Assembly (NCBI GenBank): GCA_964016885.1
Contig: OZ024741.1
Location: 112,282,001-112,346,000 of the forward strand
Source: Eledone cirrhosa
Lineage: Eukaryota
Reading direction: 5' to 3'
Length of the DNA: 64,000 nt
Below the pieces are notes generated by a model. It was not told the origin of the DNA and ran no database searches. It saw only the letters and a program-made list of their open reading frames with translations. Of the stretch, positions 1 to 12,974 are shown in pieces (position 1 is the first letter of the stretch; every line of letters starts with the position of its first letter). A program made the translations under genes and the position numbers.

Positions 1-1130
1 AGATCTTCAGACCTATACTTTTCACCTTTCCCAGACATGTCAGCAGCTCTGACAAGATCCTTCAAAGACTCCACCAACTACACGGCCAGCTCAAACTTAA
101 TAGACATACTTTTACTATCAATGTTGTCTCCCTCTACATATCAGAACCCACTAATCCTGTGGTTAACCTAGTGATTGATTGCATAGTTTCTTCAAACCTT
201 TACTGCTTCAGACTCACCACATCTGACATACATCAACTTCTATCCATCATTGTGAATAACACATACTTCCCATTCCCTCATCATACCTACAAACAAACAA
301 CAGGTCTACCCATGGGATCCAGTCTGTCCGGTCTACTAGCCATCACATACATGAACTAGCTAGAACATTGAGCACTTAACACCTGTTGCTCCTGTGCCTT
401 CTTCTCCAGGTACATAGAAGACATGCACATCCTCACACCCTTCTGTGAAGAGGCTGATAAAATATCTACAATGCACACAAACACGGGTGATAATGTACAA
501 TTCAGTGTAACTGATGATAACAAAAGAAGGTGACATCCACACCAACCTCTACAGGAAAACTACCTGCAGAGATCTGTTTATTCATTACAAATCAGTTCTC
601 CCTTCCCCTGATGCTAAAACTGGAACAAATGTAACAAGGTTACATTTGTTCTGGATGCATTATGGCTATCCACCATAAGTCAACTTAGGAGCCGAAAATG
701 CTGGAAATATATGACCTCGTCTAGCACCAGCTTGCTGAAGTTACTGCACTTCCGTGAAAGAAGAACCATAGCGTTCTACAAAGCCCACTCTAGCCCTTCA
801 CTTTAAGAACACTTATCAAAAAAGCAGCTCAAGGACAACAACAGCATATGTCATATATAGCATTCAATGTGTCAAATGCAGAGATTTTTATATTGGTAGC
901 ACCGTTAGACCTCTTCGCATCTGTATTAGAGAACATTTCAACATACACACATCCTTCTTCAAGAAAAAAATAGACAAATGCAAACCATTAACAAAGACAT
1001 AACAGCCAGTATTAAAGCCAGGAAAAAGAATATTAGCAACCTTAGAATCAAAGAGGCAATACTAATAGTTAAGCTTAACCCACAAATCAGCACCAGATTA
1101 GAACTAATACTTAACATAAAAGTGCACACA
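1..1130 (+). mobile_element. Decayed Penelope-like retroelement (RT plus GIY-YIG endonuclease), 3' part
   Basis: RT motif YKQTTGLPMGSSLSGLLA (ORF 159..359). From 841: AYVIYSIQCVKCRDFYIGSTVRPLRICIREHF (GIY-YIG), then NLRIKEAILIVKLNPQI near 1040-1090. Frameshifts and stops present. Confidence 0.85.
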
Positions 1131-1528
1131 TTTAAATTTTGACACAAAAACACACACATAACCTAGTTCAGAATAACAAACTTAACCAGACAATTGTAAC
1201 TAGACTCTATATATGACATAAATATGTATGCACACACATCCCAAACACAACTCAATCCAGCTAACAAATCCAAACAATTACAAATCAACATGCAACATTT
1301 GCCAAAAGAAGATTTGACATATAAACGTAAACAAAAGTGCACAATATTTAACAGATACGTATGCACATGCAATGTTATACAGATGACAGTTCACAGGTGA
1401 CATCATCCTCTCACTATTTCTGCCAGGTATAATTAGACCACTGCTAACAAAGAAAGAAAGAAAGAAAGAAAGTAAGATAGCAAGCCTATAAAAACAAAAG
1501 CACACAGCTCTGAACCAGTTTCTTGTAA

Positions 1529-1566
1529 TCTTCTGATGAAGGGATTTTAGTCTCAAAATATTAAGA
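1529..1566 (+). ncRNA. Degenerate minimal hammerhead ribozyme downstream of the Penelope ORF
   Basis: TCTT-CTGATGA-A-GGGA-ttttag-TCTC-AAAA (G12 lost)-TATT-AAGA. Lies where Penelope pseudo-LTR hammerheads are expected. Confidence 0.5.
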
Positions 1567-1710
1567 CAGATAAATAAAATAACAGCTAACAGACAAACAT
1601 CTGGTTGCCTTCAATTTTTCTAAATTTATCATCCATTTCGCATTGTAGTAGAATTTGAATAACACTATAGTTCAAGCAAACTACAGTGTCTTCATACATA
1701 CACACTCACA

Positions 1711-1742
<32 letters not shown>

Positions 1743-1861
1743 GAATGTATGTATAGTATATTTGGCAATATACCGTATGTTTAATTAAAAATATTTAGAA
1801 GACCATACGCTATCAGTTTTAAAGTAGTGACTATGTCACTTACTTCTTTTCGGAGAAAGAA

Positions 1862-1922
1862 GGGAGAGAAGCTGACAGTCTGTTTCATGCTGGCTGGCGT
1901 TCATCAGAGCCACGTACTCCCC
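1862..1922 (-). ncRNA. Type I minimal hammerhead ribozyme
   Basis: Minus strand: GGGGAG..GGCU-CUGAUGA-ACGC-cagcca-GCAU-GAAA-CAGACUG-UC|AGCU..CUCCC. Intact core, GUC site, near-palindromic stem III, one stem II mismatch. Confidence 0.75.
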
Positions 1923-1974
1923 TGCTTTCACCGAAAATTATAGAAGCTGGATTCTTATAGAAATAGTGTTCCAT

Positions 1975-2630
1975 TAAAATGATGGGGAGATTGTATGATG
2001 CATGTATACAAACAGCAATATTGTATAGTAGTGAGATCTGGGCACTCTGTGCAGAAGACGTGCAAAGATTGGAAAGAAATGAAGCCTGCATGCTTCGATA
2101 TATATGTAATAGTAATATACATGGATGGCAAAGCGTAAATGAACTGAGAGAGAAATTGGGCATAAGAGGGATCAAATGCAGTGTGCTAGAGAGGAGATTG
2201 CATTGGTTTGGTTGTGTGATTCATATGAAGAATGACACTGTATAAAAAGATGCAGGGTGATCAAAGTTGACAGAAGCTATGGAGCAAGAAGACCCAAGAC
2301 CTGGGATGAGGTGGTAAATGCTGACCTTGCACAATTATACCTCTCAAAAACAATGACACATGATCAAGATCTTTGGCATTATGTAGTAATACAGAAGACC
2401 CACCTTCCTGTGTGCACAGACTGAAACATACATCTAGTAGGTACCTCTTAACCACTATACCCTCCTTCCATACACTTCCGACGCTCCAACACCACCCACA
2501 AACTGTAAATGTGGTTGGCATTAGGAAGGGCATCCAGCCGTAGAAGCCAAGCCAGAAACAGTTCTAACCATGACAACCCATGCTAGTGTGGAAAATGGAC
2601 AATAAACGATGATGATGAGGAGGATGATGA
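1975..2630 (+). mobile_element. RTE LINE 3' fragment, decayed
   Basis: GRLYDACIQTAILYSSEIWALCAEDVQRLERNEACMLR...RRLHWFG, then the RTE 3' UTR and a (GAT)n tail. Confidence 0.85.
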
Positions 2631-3431
2631 TATATCTACACACACATGTATACACGCACATATATATACACACATATATATAATTATACATATTGTCTAC
2701 CTATAACTATATCGTATATACTTTCCATTATTATTATTGTTGTATATTGCTTTATTTCGTTGAACATAAGGGTTTCTCTTTGATCTATCTCTTGCACATC
2801 TGACTGCACACAAAATCCTTTGATAGAAACATGAAATGTAATCTAAATTTGGATATGTCTTGCTAATATGACCATTTGTTGTAAACAGCAGACATGTCAA
2901 TGTCCACTCACAGTCTTAGATGGCATGCACGTACATATGTGGTGCCAGCTTTAATATTTCTGCTGTTAAAATATGGCTGCCGATAACAAATCTATTGGAA
3001 GCTTAGTTTTCTGTTTGTCTATTATCCATGCCAGATTATTTAAGAAGATGAAGATGGACATAGTTACTGAAATTGGTAATCTGTCGTTTATACAACCCCC
3101 CCCCCCCCCCCCCCCCACATGCAAATATATATATATATATACATACACACATATATACTTGTATGTACATATAAGATGAAAGAACCAATAGAATTGTGAG
3201 GTGAAGTATAGCTTCTACACCAGTTTTATTTGCTGTTTTATTGATATTGGCTCACTCATCTAAAAGTTCCAATTAAATGTTGTTGTATTGCTACTTTTAT
3301 TGTTGTTATTATTATTTTGATTTCATGTTTTTAATGATATAGTATCTATTCTCAATCACTCTTTACATACTTCTTATAGGAAATCACTGTAGGAATTTAG
3401 TTGGTGTCTATTAATAATAGAGTTTAGTTAA

Positions 3432-3600
3432 GGTACATTGCCTAGTGGTTAAATGGTTTGTCTGTGATGATCAATCATATTGCTGGTTCAATCCCTGAAC
3501 TGATTGTCATGTTGAGTTCTTGAGCAAAACATTTATTTTAGATTGCTCTAGTCAACTCATTTGAAAATGTGTACCAGTAGCAACACCTAGAGGTTAAACC
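3432..3600 (+). mobile_element. tRNA-derived CORE-type SINE, decayed
   Basis: A box TGCCTAGTGG, B box GGTTCAATCCC, followed by CORE-like TTCTTGAGCAAAACATTT. Confidence 0.6.
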
Positions 3601-3734
3601 TTTGAACAACTGACACTTGTTAAGGGAGAGGGAATCGTGTATTTTACTGTGATGTGGTTCCTTAGCCTGTTAGAAATAGCAGCCAAATTTCATTAAGGTT
3701 CCACTGTCTAAAGTCTGTTTGAAGCCTGGAGGTT

Positions 3735-3985
3735 CATAAGGTTAGTGCTTATCCCAGTTTCCTTGATGTGAAATGACTAAGAGTATAAACCTACCAACTG
3801 GAAAAGACACCAGTTCATCAGAGTGTTAAACAGCTATTGCTGGTAATAATTTTCAGCTGAGTATACTGGAGCAATGTGAAATGAAGTGTTTTGCTCAAGA
3901 ACAGAACACATAACCCAATCCAGGAATCAAATCCTCATTATGATTGTAAGACCAAACCCTTACCACTAGGCCATGCACCTCCACT
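3735..3985 (-). mobile_element. tRNA-derived CORE-type SINE, decayed
   Basis: Reverse-strand TGGCCTAGTGG A box and TTCTTGAGCAAAACACTTCATTTCACATTGCTCCAG body. Confidence 0.6.
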
Positions 3986-4704
3986 GATCCCACAGTATAC
4001 ATATAGTTCAAAATATAGAAAATAACAGAATGGTCATGGATAGAACATCTGCTTGATCAGGACTGACCTAGGACTATACAATTACAAAACAACAACTCCC
4101 TTAGATCTATACTCCTTAAATCCTCAATAGGTTTAATAAGTATTTTCTCACTCTCTGTGCTCATCAGATAGTATATATTAGCTTAATTTGTGTGAGTTCT
4201 AGATTAGTCTGTATGTATGAGTATGCATGTATGTGAGTGTGTGTGAGTGACTGTTTTCCACATCCTGAGAATGCTTCAACTAAATTCTAAATATACTCAT
4301 CCAAAATACTATACAAATGTGTGTCATTCTTATGCATTGTCTGAGTATGCATGCAGGTGTGTGTGTGTGTTCATATGGCTGTATAGATCCACTAAACTGT
4401 GTGTGAGCTCATTAATGGTTGCACCTGTTCGTTTACAGGTGTTTCTTTGTATATACTTGTGTTCACTAGACTATATTCAAGCATGTTTACTAAACTCAAT
4501 CACATTCTTTACATAATTTCCTTTAGTTCCCTTCTTTATATATATTTCTTTGTTTCCCTTTTTCTCTCTCACACATACACATTCTTTCCCCCCTTTTACT
4601 CTCTCACAAACTCTCTTTCTCTAATACACACACTCATTCACTCTCTATGTTTATATAAAGCACTTAACTATGATTAAAATATACACTACACTAAATCAAT
4701 GAAA

Positions 4705-4975
4705 GTGTATGGCTTAGTGCTTAGGGTATATGGTTTACAAACATAAGGTCATTAGTCTGACTCCCTGTGGCATGTTGTGACCTTGAGCAAAACACCTTAT
4801 TTCACATTCCTCCAATCCATTCAGCTGCAAAAAGTGAGTCATACCTATAGTTCAAAAGAATCAGCCATATCAGACTTATTGTCATGCTTAATCTACCTTA
4901 GAACTACATTAATTTCATGATCAGATTGTTCCATTTTTCAAGCAACTGGAATACTCATCGTTAAAGCCAATCGAA
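4705..4975 (+). mobile_element. tRNA-derived CORE-type SINE, decayed
   Basis: TGGCTTAGTG head and CCTTGAGCAAAACACCTTATTTCACATT body. Similar copy at about 46835-47130. Confidence 0.55.
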
Positions 4976-5682
4976 GCCCAAAATACAACATAGGCTAAAT
5001 CTAAATTTAGATATAGAATAATGAGAAAGAAAATAAAAGTTTAAGATGCATGTTCACTTTGCAGTCTAAACATTCACAATATTGTATATATGTTATTGGA
5101 TCTATGTTTGTTTCCATCAATCCACTTACCCAAACCTACCTAAATATAAGTTGATCATACATACTGCCAAACTTCAAAGTGACCAACATAAACACATAGA
5201 TACTAATACACATACATAGCTACACACATATCTATCTACCTATATCATCACTGTTTTTATGCCAGCTTATCATGGGTTGAAACAGATGTTTTTTTTATAT
5301 GGAATTCTATAGCTAGATGTCCTTCTTGTTGCAAACCCTTATTAGTGTAAAAAGTATCAACATCAAATTTGTAGTTGCAAATACTTGTGGCATATGCCTT
5401 TCTTTAATTATCTGAAGCTATTAAAGTAGCAACAAGGTAGGCCCGTCAACAGACTGTGGGCCATAGGGTGGGGATGAGGCTTCAGAACATTCTGAGTTGA
5501 CACACTAATAGTTTTATTATTGCTTAGTTTCAGAATAAATATATTGCTGTAAATATTTCTAAATCTGACGGATTGGTGGGGACTTCATTGACAAATAAAG
5601 TAGCAGTCTTCCTTTTTGGTGACAGAGAAAAGAAACCAACATGGCTACAGACTTTAAACACTATATGTTTCAATTAACAATA

Positions 5683-6183
5683 CTAGCAGAAAAACCACCC
5701 TTCGATTGATTTTCTGCTAGCATGTGTAGTGTGCATATTGATATTATACACAAATATACATGATTGTAGATATGATATGTCAAATAAAATCGTAATTGAC
5801 AATATCCACAGAAATTGAAGAGTGTCTGTGTTACACTCTCTTCTGCAATCAATAAAGTAATCCATGATACATTAAAAAAATATGATACTATATATGAACT
5901 GCATTAGGAGAAAATTAGCGATGGAAATATATGCGATGTTTTTGTAAGTGTTATAATATAACGGGCGCTAACCGGAAGTGTTGAAATTTGAAAATTTTAA
6001 AGAAGTGAATCTTTAAATAAGCAATAAAATTACTTAAATTTAATCAAGAGTTACGAAATTTAGTATATAAATTATGTAATATTCATTCATTATTTATTCA
6101 ATGTAATCCAACTTATTTTACAAACGGGATAAAAAAATATATTCTGGATGCAGTCCCGCACTCCTTTCTTTATTATAGTAAGA
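5683..6183 (-). mobile_element. Non-autonomous Helitron
   Basis: Minus-strand start TCTTACTATAATAAAG. End has CTAGCAGAAAA...TTTTCTGCTAG hairpin with terminal CTAG. Inserted between A and T with no TSD. Confidence 0.6.
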
Positions 6184-6486
6184 TACTTCTGTCATGTGTA
6201 TTTACATACACATGTAAATATGTATATTTAAGCACATGCATATATACACTATTGGATGGTGGTTGACGGGCGAATGAATTCAGGAAAGTTTTGTTTTTCA
6301 GTCCAGAGTGCAGAAAAATCACTCTCTACACCAAGAAAGCATGGTGGTGTAACTGATTTAGCTACAGATGATCTGATTGTAATGGATTTTATGCTATCAA
6401 TAGCATGCACAAGTGACCTGATGCTTATATATTTGATATATACAAACGTATTTTTCAACACAGACAGACCTATATATATATATATA

Positions 6487-6712
6487 TCCAGGGATAGTAA
6501 CGTGAAGTTACTGTAGGTTCACCCAGGTGAGCCCTTGATGTTTAGGTTAACGTCAGTAACAAGGTATCATTACAACAGTGGTAGTCCGACGAGCTTTTGA
6601 TTCCAGAGTCGAGCCAGATCGATACAGATCAAACCATGAGCTAGCGAAACGCGCATCACCAATCAATAAATGTAATGAAGGCTTAACAAATCGTTCTTGT
6701 ATTATTATTATA
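6487..6712 (+). mobile_element. Short non-coding element carrying a long-stem-II hammerhead (copy A)
   Basis: TA-flanked. CCGACGA at 6586, GAAACGCGCA-TC-ACC at 6646-6660. Homologous to 18172-18390, 40335-40435 and 53742-53918. Confidence 0.7.
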
Positions 6713-7140
6713 TATATAAATATATATATCACAAGGACAAATGTTAAACTAAAGGCAGTGTGGTTTGAAAGCTAACGGGCCTAACTTGCGTCTCCACTTT
6801 AATCCAGATCAAATTGTCCATTGTCCTCTGCACTGACGTCCACGTGGCTTACATCCGACTAAGGATGGCAGAACCACTTTCACACACTACTTTAAACACA
6901 TCCGCATTAGGCCACAACCTGATAATGAATGGACGCCCGAACCCTTATGTGACGTCACTCGGCCTTCCCTTCCGGTAAGATGTCCCCCAACTTCCGATAG
7001 TTTCTTTTCAGGAGCTCCACAAGAAGTTATACCAACAATGTTTTCCAGCTCCATGTAATTACATGATCATTGCAGGTATAACTCACAAAGTATCAGGAAC
7101 TAAACTTCGTGAAAGCAAATTCAATGAGTCGAATGATAGT

Positions 7141-7292
7141 TGTTTCTATTTTGGGCACAAGGCCAGCAATTATCCCAGTGCATTATTGGTACTTTATTTT
7201 ATAGACCCCTCGGCGGGATTTGAACTCAGACCATAAAGGGGCGTAACTCTATGCTGCAAAGGATGGTATCCGACCCTCTACCGATACTGCCA
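7141..7292 (-). mobile_element. tRNA-derived SINE (octopus-type family)
   Basis: Reverse-strand B box GAGTTCAAATCCCGCCGAGG and TTGCTGGCCTTGTGCC..AGAAAC 3' end. Same family as 22165, 22378, 35495 and 63772. Confidence 0.75.
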
Positions 7293-7574
7293 ATAATATA
7301 CATATATGTGTATAGCTCAATAAATGATAGCTAAAAAAGTTCACTCAGAGAATTTTATATATTAACTTATACATAGTTAGCTATAGGAAGATTCCTAGCA
7401 AAGCAACTTAAAATAAAACTACTCTACCGTTAATCTTGCCATTACTGATAAGACAATATTTGCCATTCTGTTATATAAGATGGACAATATTGAAGAAATT
7501 CGGGTTCAGCAGAAGGCATCTTTGAAAGTTTAAATTAATACTTAATTGCCTATAGCTAACTTTGTATAAATTAA

Positions 7575-8331
7575 TATATATAACAAAAGTAACGAAGATC
7601 GCTGGTATAAATACAGCGTCCCCCGGCCAGCGTCTAGCTCACTCAATGAATCTGGCGAATTGTAGTTATGCAGCTACAATCAACTTTTCAGAGTGCACAC
7701 ATTTAGTTTACCGTAGACAGTTGGCTGTGATTTTAGATAGATGTAAATCTTTCCCTCCTGGACGATCGTTTCTGTGCAATGTAACTTTACAAATGCAGAT
7801 TTTACTTCTGCAATGTTCAGAAAATCACGCAAAATCAGCGGATATTTACGCAATCGGGCTATTGCACGTCTTCAGCAGGATTGCCCAATTTTATGCAATA
7901 GTTCAGTGCAGCGTGAGCCAGACTTCACTACTGGATAAGCTATCTAGCAGTTCATGGCAGTCCCCCACTCTGGCTCTAATGAAAAGAGGAAGAATTTCTC
8001 GTAGACCATAACACGTGATTTTGGTAGTTGAATTCAAACAAATGAAGAACTCAACTGGCTTAATGCATATGTGCATATATACACATACATATATACACAT
8101 ATACAAGCAAATAAAATCTGATTTGTGATACAAAATCAAATATTCAATACTCAAAATTTAATTTTATTAAACATAAATAAGAAATATTGAAAAGTCTAAC
8201 CTTATACAGGAGTTCCAAATCAGCACAGAGTATAATATAACAAAAGTAACGAAGATCGCTGGTATAAATACAGCGTCCCCCCAGCGTCTAGCTCACTCAA
8301 TGAATCTGGCGAATTTCACACATTTAGTTTA

Positions 8332-8335
<4 letters not shown>
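7575..8335. repeat. Dispersed direct repeat (7575-7700 and 8236-8335) with terminal hairpin, possibly Helentron/DINE-like ends
   Basis: ACAAAAGTAACGAAGATCGCTGGTATAAATACAGCGTCCCC..CTAGCTCACTCAATGAATCTGGCGAAT occurs twice, with a CGCTG..CAGCG hairpin near a T-rich end. Class assignment is tentative. Confidence 0.45.
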
Positions 8336-8389
<54 letters not shown>

Positions 8390-8641
8390 TTATTAAGAAA
8401 AACTATGAAGTTTGATTTACATGTATTTAGGTTTTTACTGGGAATCGACACGTTACGCAAAGGATTGGCTCAAGACCACCCATAGGAGACGGGTCTTCTA
8501 TGGATGACCTTGAGCCATTCCTCTGTGGAACGTGTGTAACAGATCGATACACAACAACCTAAAAAAATGTTTTTTGTTTTTCTCACTATATGCACTTTGC
8601 TCATATTGGTAACACCACCAGATATTCACTGAATCACATAC

Positions 8642-10490
8642 ACTATATATCAATAAAACAGAAGATGTCTGTGTGTGTAAACCTTATGCAATTCTACAGT
8701 TTGCGACCGACCGATTTTTATCAAACTTAAGACATAGGTTACTTATGTACTCCGGATGGTCATGGGCACTTTCATTTTTCCAGGTTAAAGAGGGTTATCT
8801 TCCACCCGGGGTCCCTATAATCAATATCTGGAACAACGAAAGTGCCCATGACCATCCGGAGTACATAAGTAACCTATGTCTTAAGTTTGGTGAAAATTGG
8901 TTGCAAACTGTAGAAATGCATAAGGTTTACATACACGCGCGCGCACACACAGACAGACATCTTCTGTTTTATATATATAGAAATGCGGGCAAATCTGATT
9001 AGTTAACGTTACTTCCTTCCTCTTGGTGTTTTAATGAGTTGCCATTCGTCTTGAAAATGTTAACATTTTTCTGTTAATAATTAATTTAATTTCTGAATAA
9101 AGTGCGACATATTGGACGTGGCCTTTGAAAAGCGGTGAGAGTTTCCGTTTATGCATGCACTGAAATCGAGTTGATTCCGTAACCTATATAGCATTTACTG
9201 GAATTTTTCAACAGCGAAATTATTCCCAAATGACGATACATGGTAGAAACGAAGGAATATTTAAATTTAACTCCACAGCAAACTGAGATAACGTAACTTT
9301 ATTATACAATTGTGCTTTGGCTGTTCAAGAGTGGGAAGCAAAAAAGACCTCTTTGCATTCATTCCAGGGGGGGGGGGGGAACTAGGAATATTATCTACAA
9401 AGAAGTTTTGTAGATATCAAATTCACCCTACAAGCAATGCTATTGCTGTAGTTTTCCAAGGTGACCAGCACGTGTTGGAACCCAGGCATTTTTATGTTTT
9501 GATGTATTTTCCCGATGTTTTGCGTTCTTATGCTTTTATGTTGAGACGTATGTTTTGATGTTATGCTTTAATTTTTTATGTTTTGATGTTTTTGTCTTCT
9601 ATATTTTGCGTTCTTATGCTTTATGTTGAACGTACAAGGGCCCTCTTTAGGGCCTACGCATATGATTGATTTCTTGGAAGCCGTCTTTGTTGCCAACGCA
9701 GCAGCTCAGACGCGCCAGAGTGAACGCACAAAGGCCCTCTTTAGGGCCAACATATATAATTGTTTTCTTGGAAGCCGTCTTTGTATCCAACACAGCAGCT
9801 CACATATGATTGTTATCTATATACATTACTACCTCGCCTCACGTCGTTAATTGGTTCCAGAAGTAGCGACGTGAGTCGAATCGACACTAAATTTTAGATG
9901 TATTTAATTTCCAAATAGGCTTCCATTCAATGTTTGACTCATTTTTAGGGACCAGGCCATATCTGCACCTTATCGTGCAGTTTTACAATTGTGACTTTAA
10001 CTTCAAGCGCAATAACCTGACATTTGACATGCTTTTCGCTTAAAGCCTTGACCAACATAGAGAAAATTAAAATGTTTTACTTTTTGTTAAACCAGACAAA
10101 AAAAAAAAGAAAAAAAAATTGTCAAGCGAATGAGTGATGAATGATAGTGGTTGATGACTTGGGAACAAAGCAGTTAAAGCCCCTTCCCCCCGTTGATGGC
10201 GTTTATCAATTAAGGCCTTAAGAGAGACCTCCCAGCGTGAAACAAGTAAGCCAATTTTATTTTCGTTCAACCAGACAGCAAAAAAAAAAGAAGAAAACGT
10301 TTGTCAAGTGAATGCAAAAGTACGTAGACCACTTTTACCTGATCAAAGGTAAAGCAAACCAACGCGTTGCAACGTCATGAAACTGATTGACAACAATAAC
10401 AAAAAGCTTTAAGTGTAGTTTTCGACGCAGAACTGAGATGTTCACTTGACTGCTATTTAACACCCGAGCAACGCCGGGTACCTCTGCTAG
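8642..10490 (+). mobile_element. Non-autonomous Helitron with an inverted duplication of its 5' end
   Basis: 3' end ACCCGAGCAACGCCGGGT hairpin then CTCTGCTAG|T at 10490. 5' CTATATAT..TGTCTGTGTGTG..CCGATTTT..AAACTT is Helitron-like. 8644-8784 is repeated in inverted orientation at about 8828-8980. Confidence 0.65.
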
Positions 10491-10550
<60 letters not shown>

Positions 10551-10572
10551 GAAAACTAGACTAAGTATTACT

Positions 10573-10605
10573 CTGAGTTACACGTTTCCATTCATCAGAC
10601 GGCAG
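10573..10605 (-). ncRNA. Hammerhead relic with stem II deleted
   Basis: Minus strand CUGccGU-CUGAUGA-AUG-GAAA-CGUG-UA|ACuCAG, next to (TA)n. Confidence 0.4.
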
Positions 10606-12652
10606 GAAATGTTAGAAGCAGCATAGGCAATATATATAGCCTCTTTCAGAAAAGAGAAAATGTTTAAATGTAATGCTGGGTACTGATGTGATCTTCATTG
10701 GATGCTGGTTGGGGAGAAGGAGCAAACATCTTTACTTGTGTAATGTCTTTTTACTTTATTGTTAGATATAAGAATATATTAAAATAAATCTTTCTATAAA
10801 AAAAAAGCATAAATGTGTGTAAGAATAAACGAAAGACTTTACATAAAAAATAAAAATGTGAAAATATATATGGAAAACTTGTACATATCAACGTAAGACA
10901 GATAGGTATGGAAACCATAAATGGTTATGCTGTATCAGGATGAAGAATAAAGATAAGGGGGGAAATTATGATGGCTGATAGATTTATAAAAACGATGCTG
11001 GTTGTAAAAAAATATTTTGTTTTGTGCATTGAAAATTGTATGAATAAGATTTGCGATAAAAAATATGATTAAAAAAAAAGATAAAAAATACAATAAATAA
11101 TGCACACACACATATATGTATGTATGGCAAACAAATTATAATAAAATTTATAAATATAGACTTCTGAAAATTCAAGTGTAGAAATTGAAACTGATTAAAG
11201 AAATTGATTTAGAATAGATTATAAACGGAAAGGACTAAAAGGTTGAACGTAAAATTAATTTAAATTGACCTAAGGTCAAGTAAAGTGAATATTCAGAGAA
11301 AGAGATGATTTGCCAAGCATTGACAGAACAGCTACAGAAATACTATGTAAAACAATGGGATATTACTTCAGTAGGATTGTTAAGTGACCGGAAGTGATAA
11401 AAGTTCTTCAGAATGAAGTCAATGAAATATGACAAAGATGGCTACGAAGTTTCACAGCGTCACTAAACGTATTAATTTGCCAAACCAAATTTGTTATGTG
11501 TTAAAGCAATTTATAATTGATGCAAAATGTATTTTCGTTCGATTTTACAACCGTTTAATAGCTTCTTATCTGAGATTTAATCCGTTTTAAGCTTACTGCA
11601 GAATAAGCATTTTCCCAAGCAAGCACAATTTATAATTGCGTGTAGACTAGAAGCTTCCATGGCGATATAGCTGTGTATAGCTTAAGATGGACAAAAGAAT
11701 TCTGAAACTGTGGTCAGATATATTTCTGATAAAGATGTGCTGTTATGTTTATGCTGGCAAATTAATGGTTTAAGTTATTTTTGGTGAGTCTAGCGTACGA
11801 TTTATGTGAGGAGTAAGTGAACTTTGAGTGAGGACTGGTGGTTAGGTTTGATTCCTGGACCTGGTGGAGCGTTGTGTTCTTGATCAAAATACCTAATTTC
11901 ACGTTGCTCCAGAACAAATGGCTGAGAATGAGTGAAAAGACCGGACCATCATTAGTGCAGCAGGGGGTGTTTTTACTGTGGTTTGTGTGTTGGCTTGGAG
12001 CCCCGTTTCTGTTAGACACAAACAACAACAAAGGTAGTAACTGCAACCATATCCAACAGTACAACCACAATTCCAGTCAAAAACTGCTCCCTAAACAGGA
12101 AAATTCTTTTTTAGCCATGTTGAACCTTGCAAAAGAGATACAAAAAAAACTTTTAGCCATCACTCAACACCATCCTTTGCTATTACCCCTGTTCACCAAC
12201 CCCCCACATTTCTGTCACTAACACACAATCACAAAACAAGTCCCCCACAAGAGTCAGAACCAGCCACTACACTAGCCTCCACATTTCTACTCAATGTACA
12301 AGGTGTCAGCCCTTCCATCAATGCACAAAAATGGAAGATCCAATTCATTGACGATTGGGTTGGTAACCATCCACTCCACATCCCTTTCTTCATTCTTACT
12401 GAGACCCACCTCGACAACTCCCACTTGGAAACCAATGTGAAAGTGATGAATTTCACAACCATCCACACGGATCTTGTCAACAGAAGGAAGGGTGGAACTG
12501 CCATTTTCCTGTACGATTCCTTTATGGCTGGCAGATGGAAATATCACATTCTCTAATGGCTACTGTGAATCAGTCACCATGCACAACAAAGCCAATTACC
12601 TGATAGTAGTTGGGCTTTATAGGCCACCCCAAACACCCATAATGCGCTTTAA

Positions 12653-12857
12653 CCCTTTAATGTTCAAACCGGCCAAAATCGGCCAGAATTCTCTACCTTT
12701 TTCTGTTGAAACTGGCTGTAACTGGTCACTCAAACTTATGTTAAGGTATTGTTCTCAAAATAAATACTTTCAAAATCTCATAGATTCCATATTATGTGAG
12801 ATAATTATGTGAGTTAAAGCATTTACATGAACATATAATAGTATATATGCTAAAGGG
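12653..12857. mobile_element. piggyBac-type MITE inside the LINE endonuclease
   Basis: TTAA|CCCTTTA...TAAAGGG|TTAA. Removing it restores the LINE frame MRFKESLNNIKCFIQ. Confidence 0.85.
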
Positions 12858-12974
12858 TTAAAGAATCCCTCAACAACATTAAGTGCTTTATTCAACAGTA
12901 CCATTCTAGGAACATACTTATGATGGGAGACTTTAATCTACCCTGTGTTGATTGGTCTACAAACGGTTTGAAAC

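Noticed and set aside
3795-3825. CUGAUGA plus hairpin on the minus strand
   Set aside because: No GAAA after the stem. Part of a SINE.
4135-4175. CUGAUGA..GAAA on the minus strand
   Set aside because: No stem I or stem III pairing.
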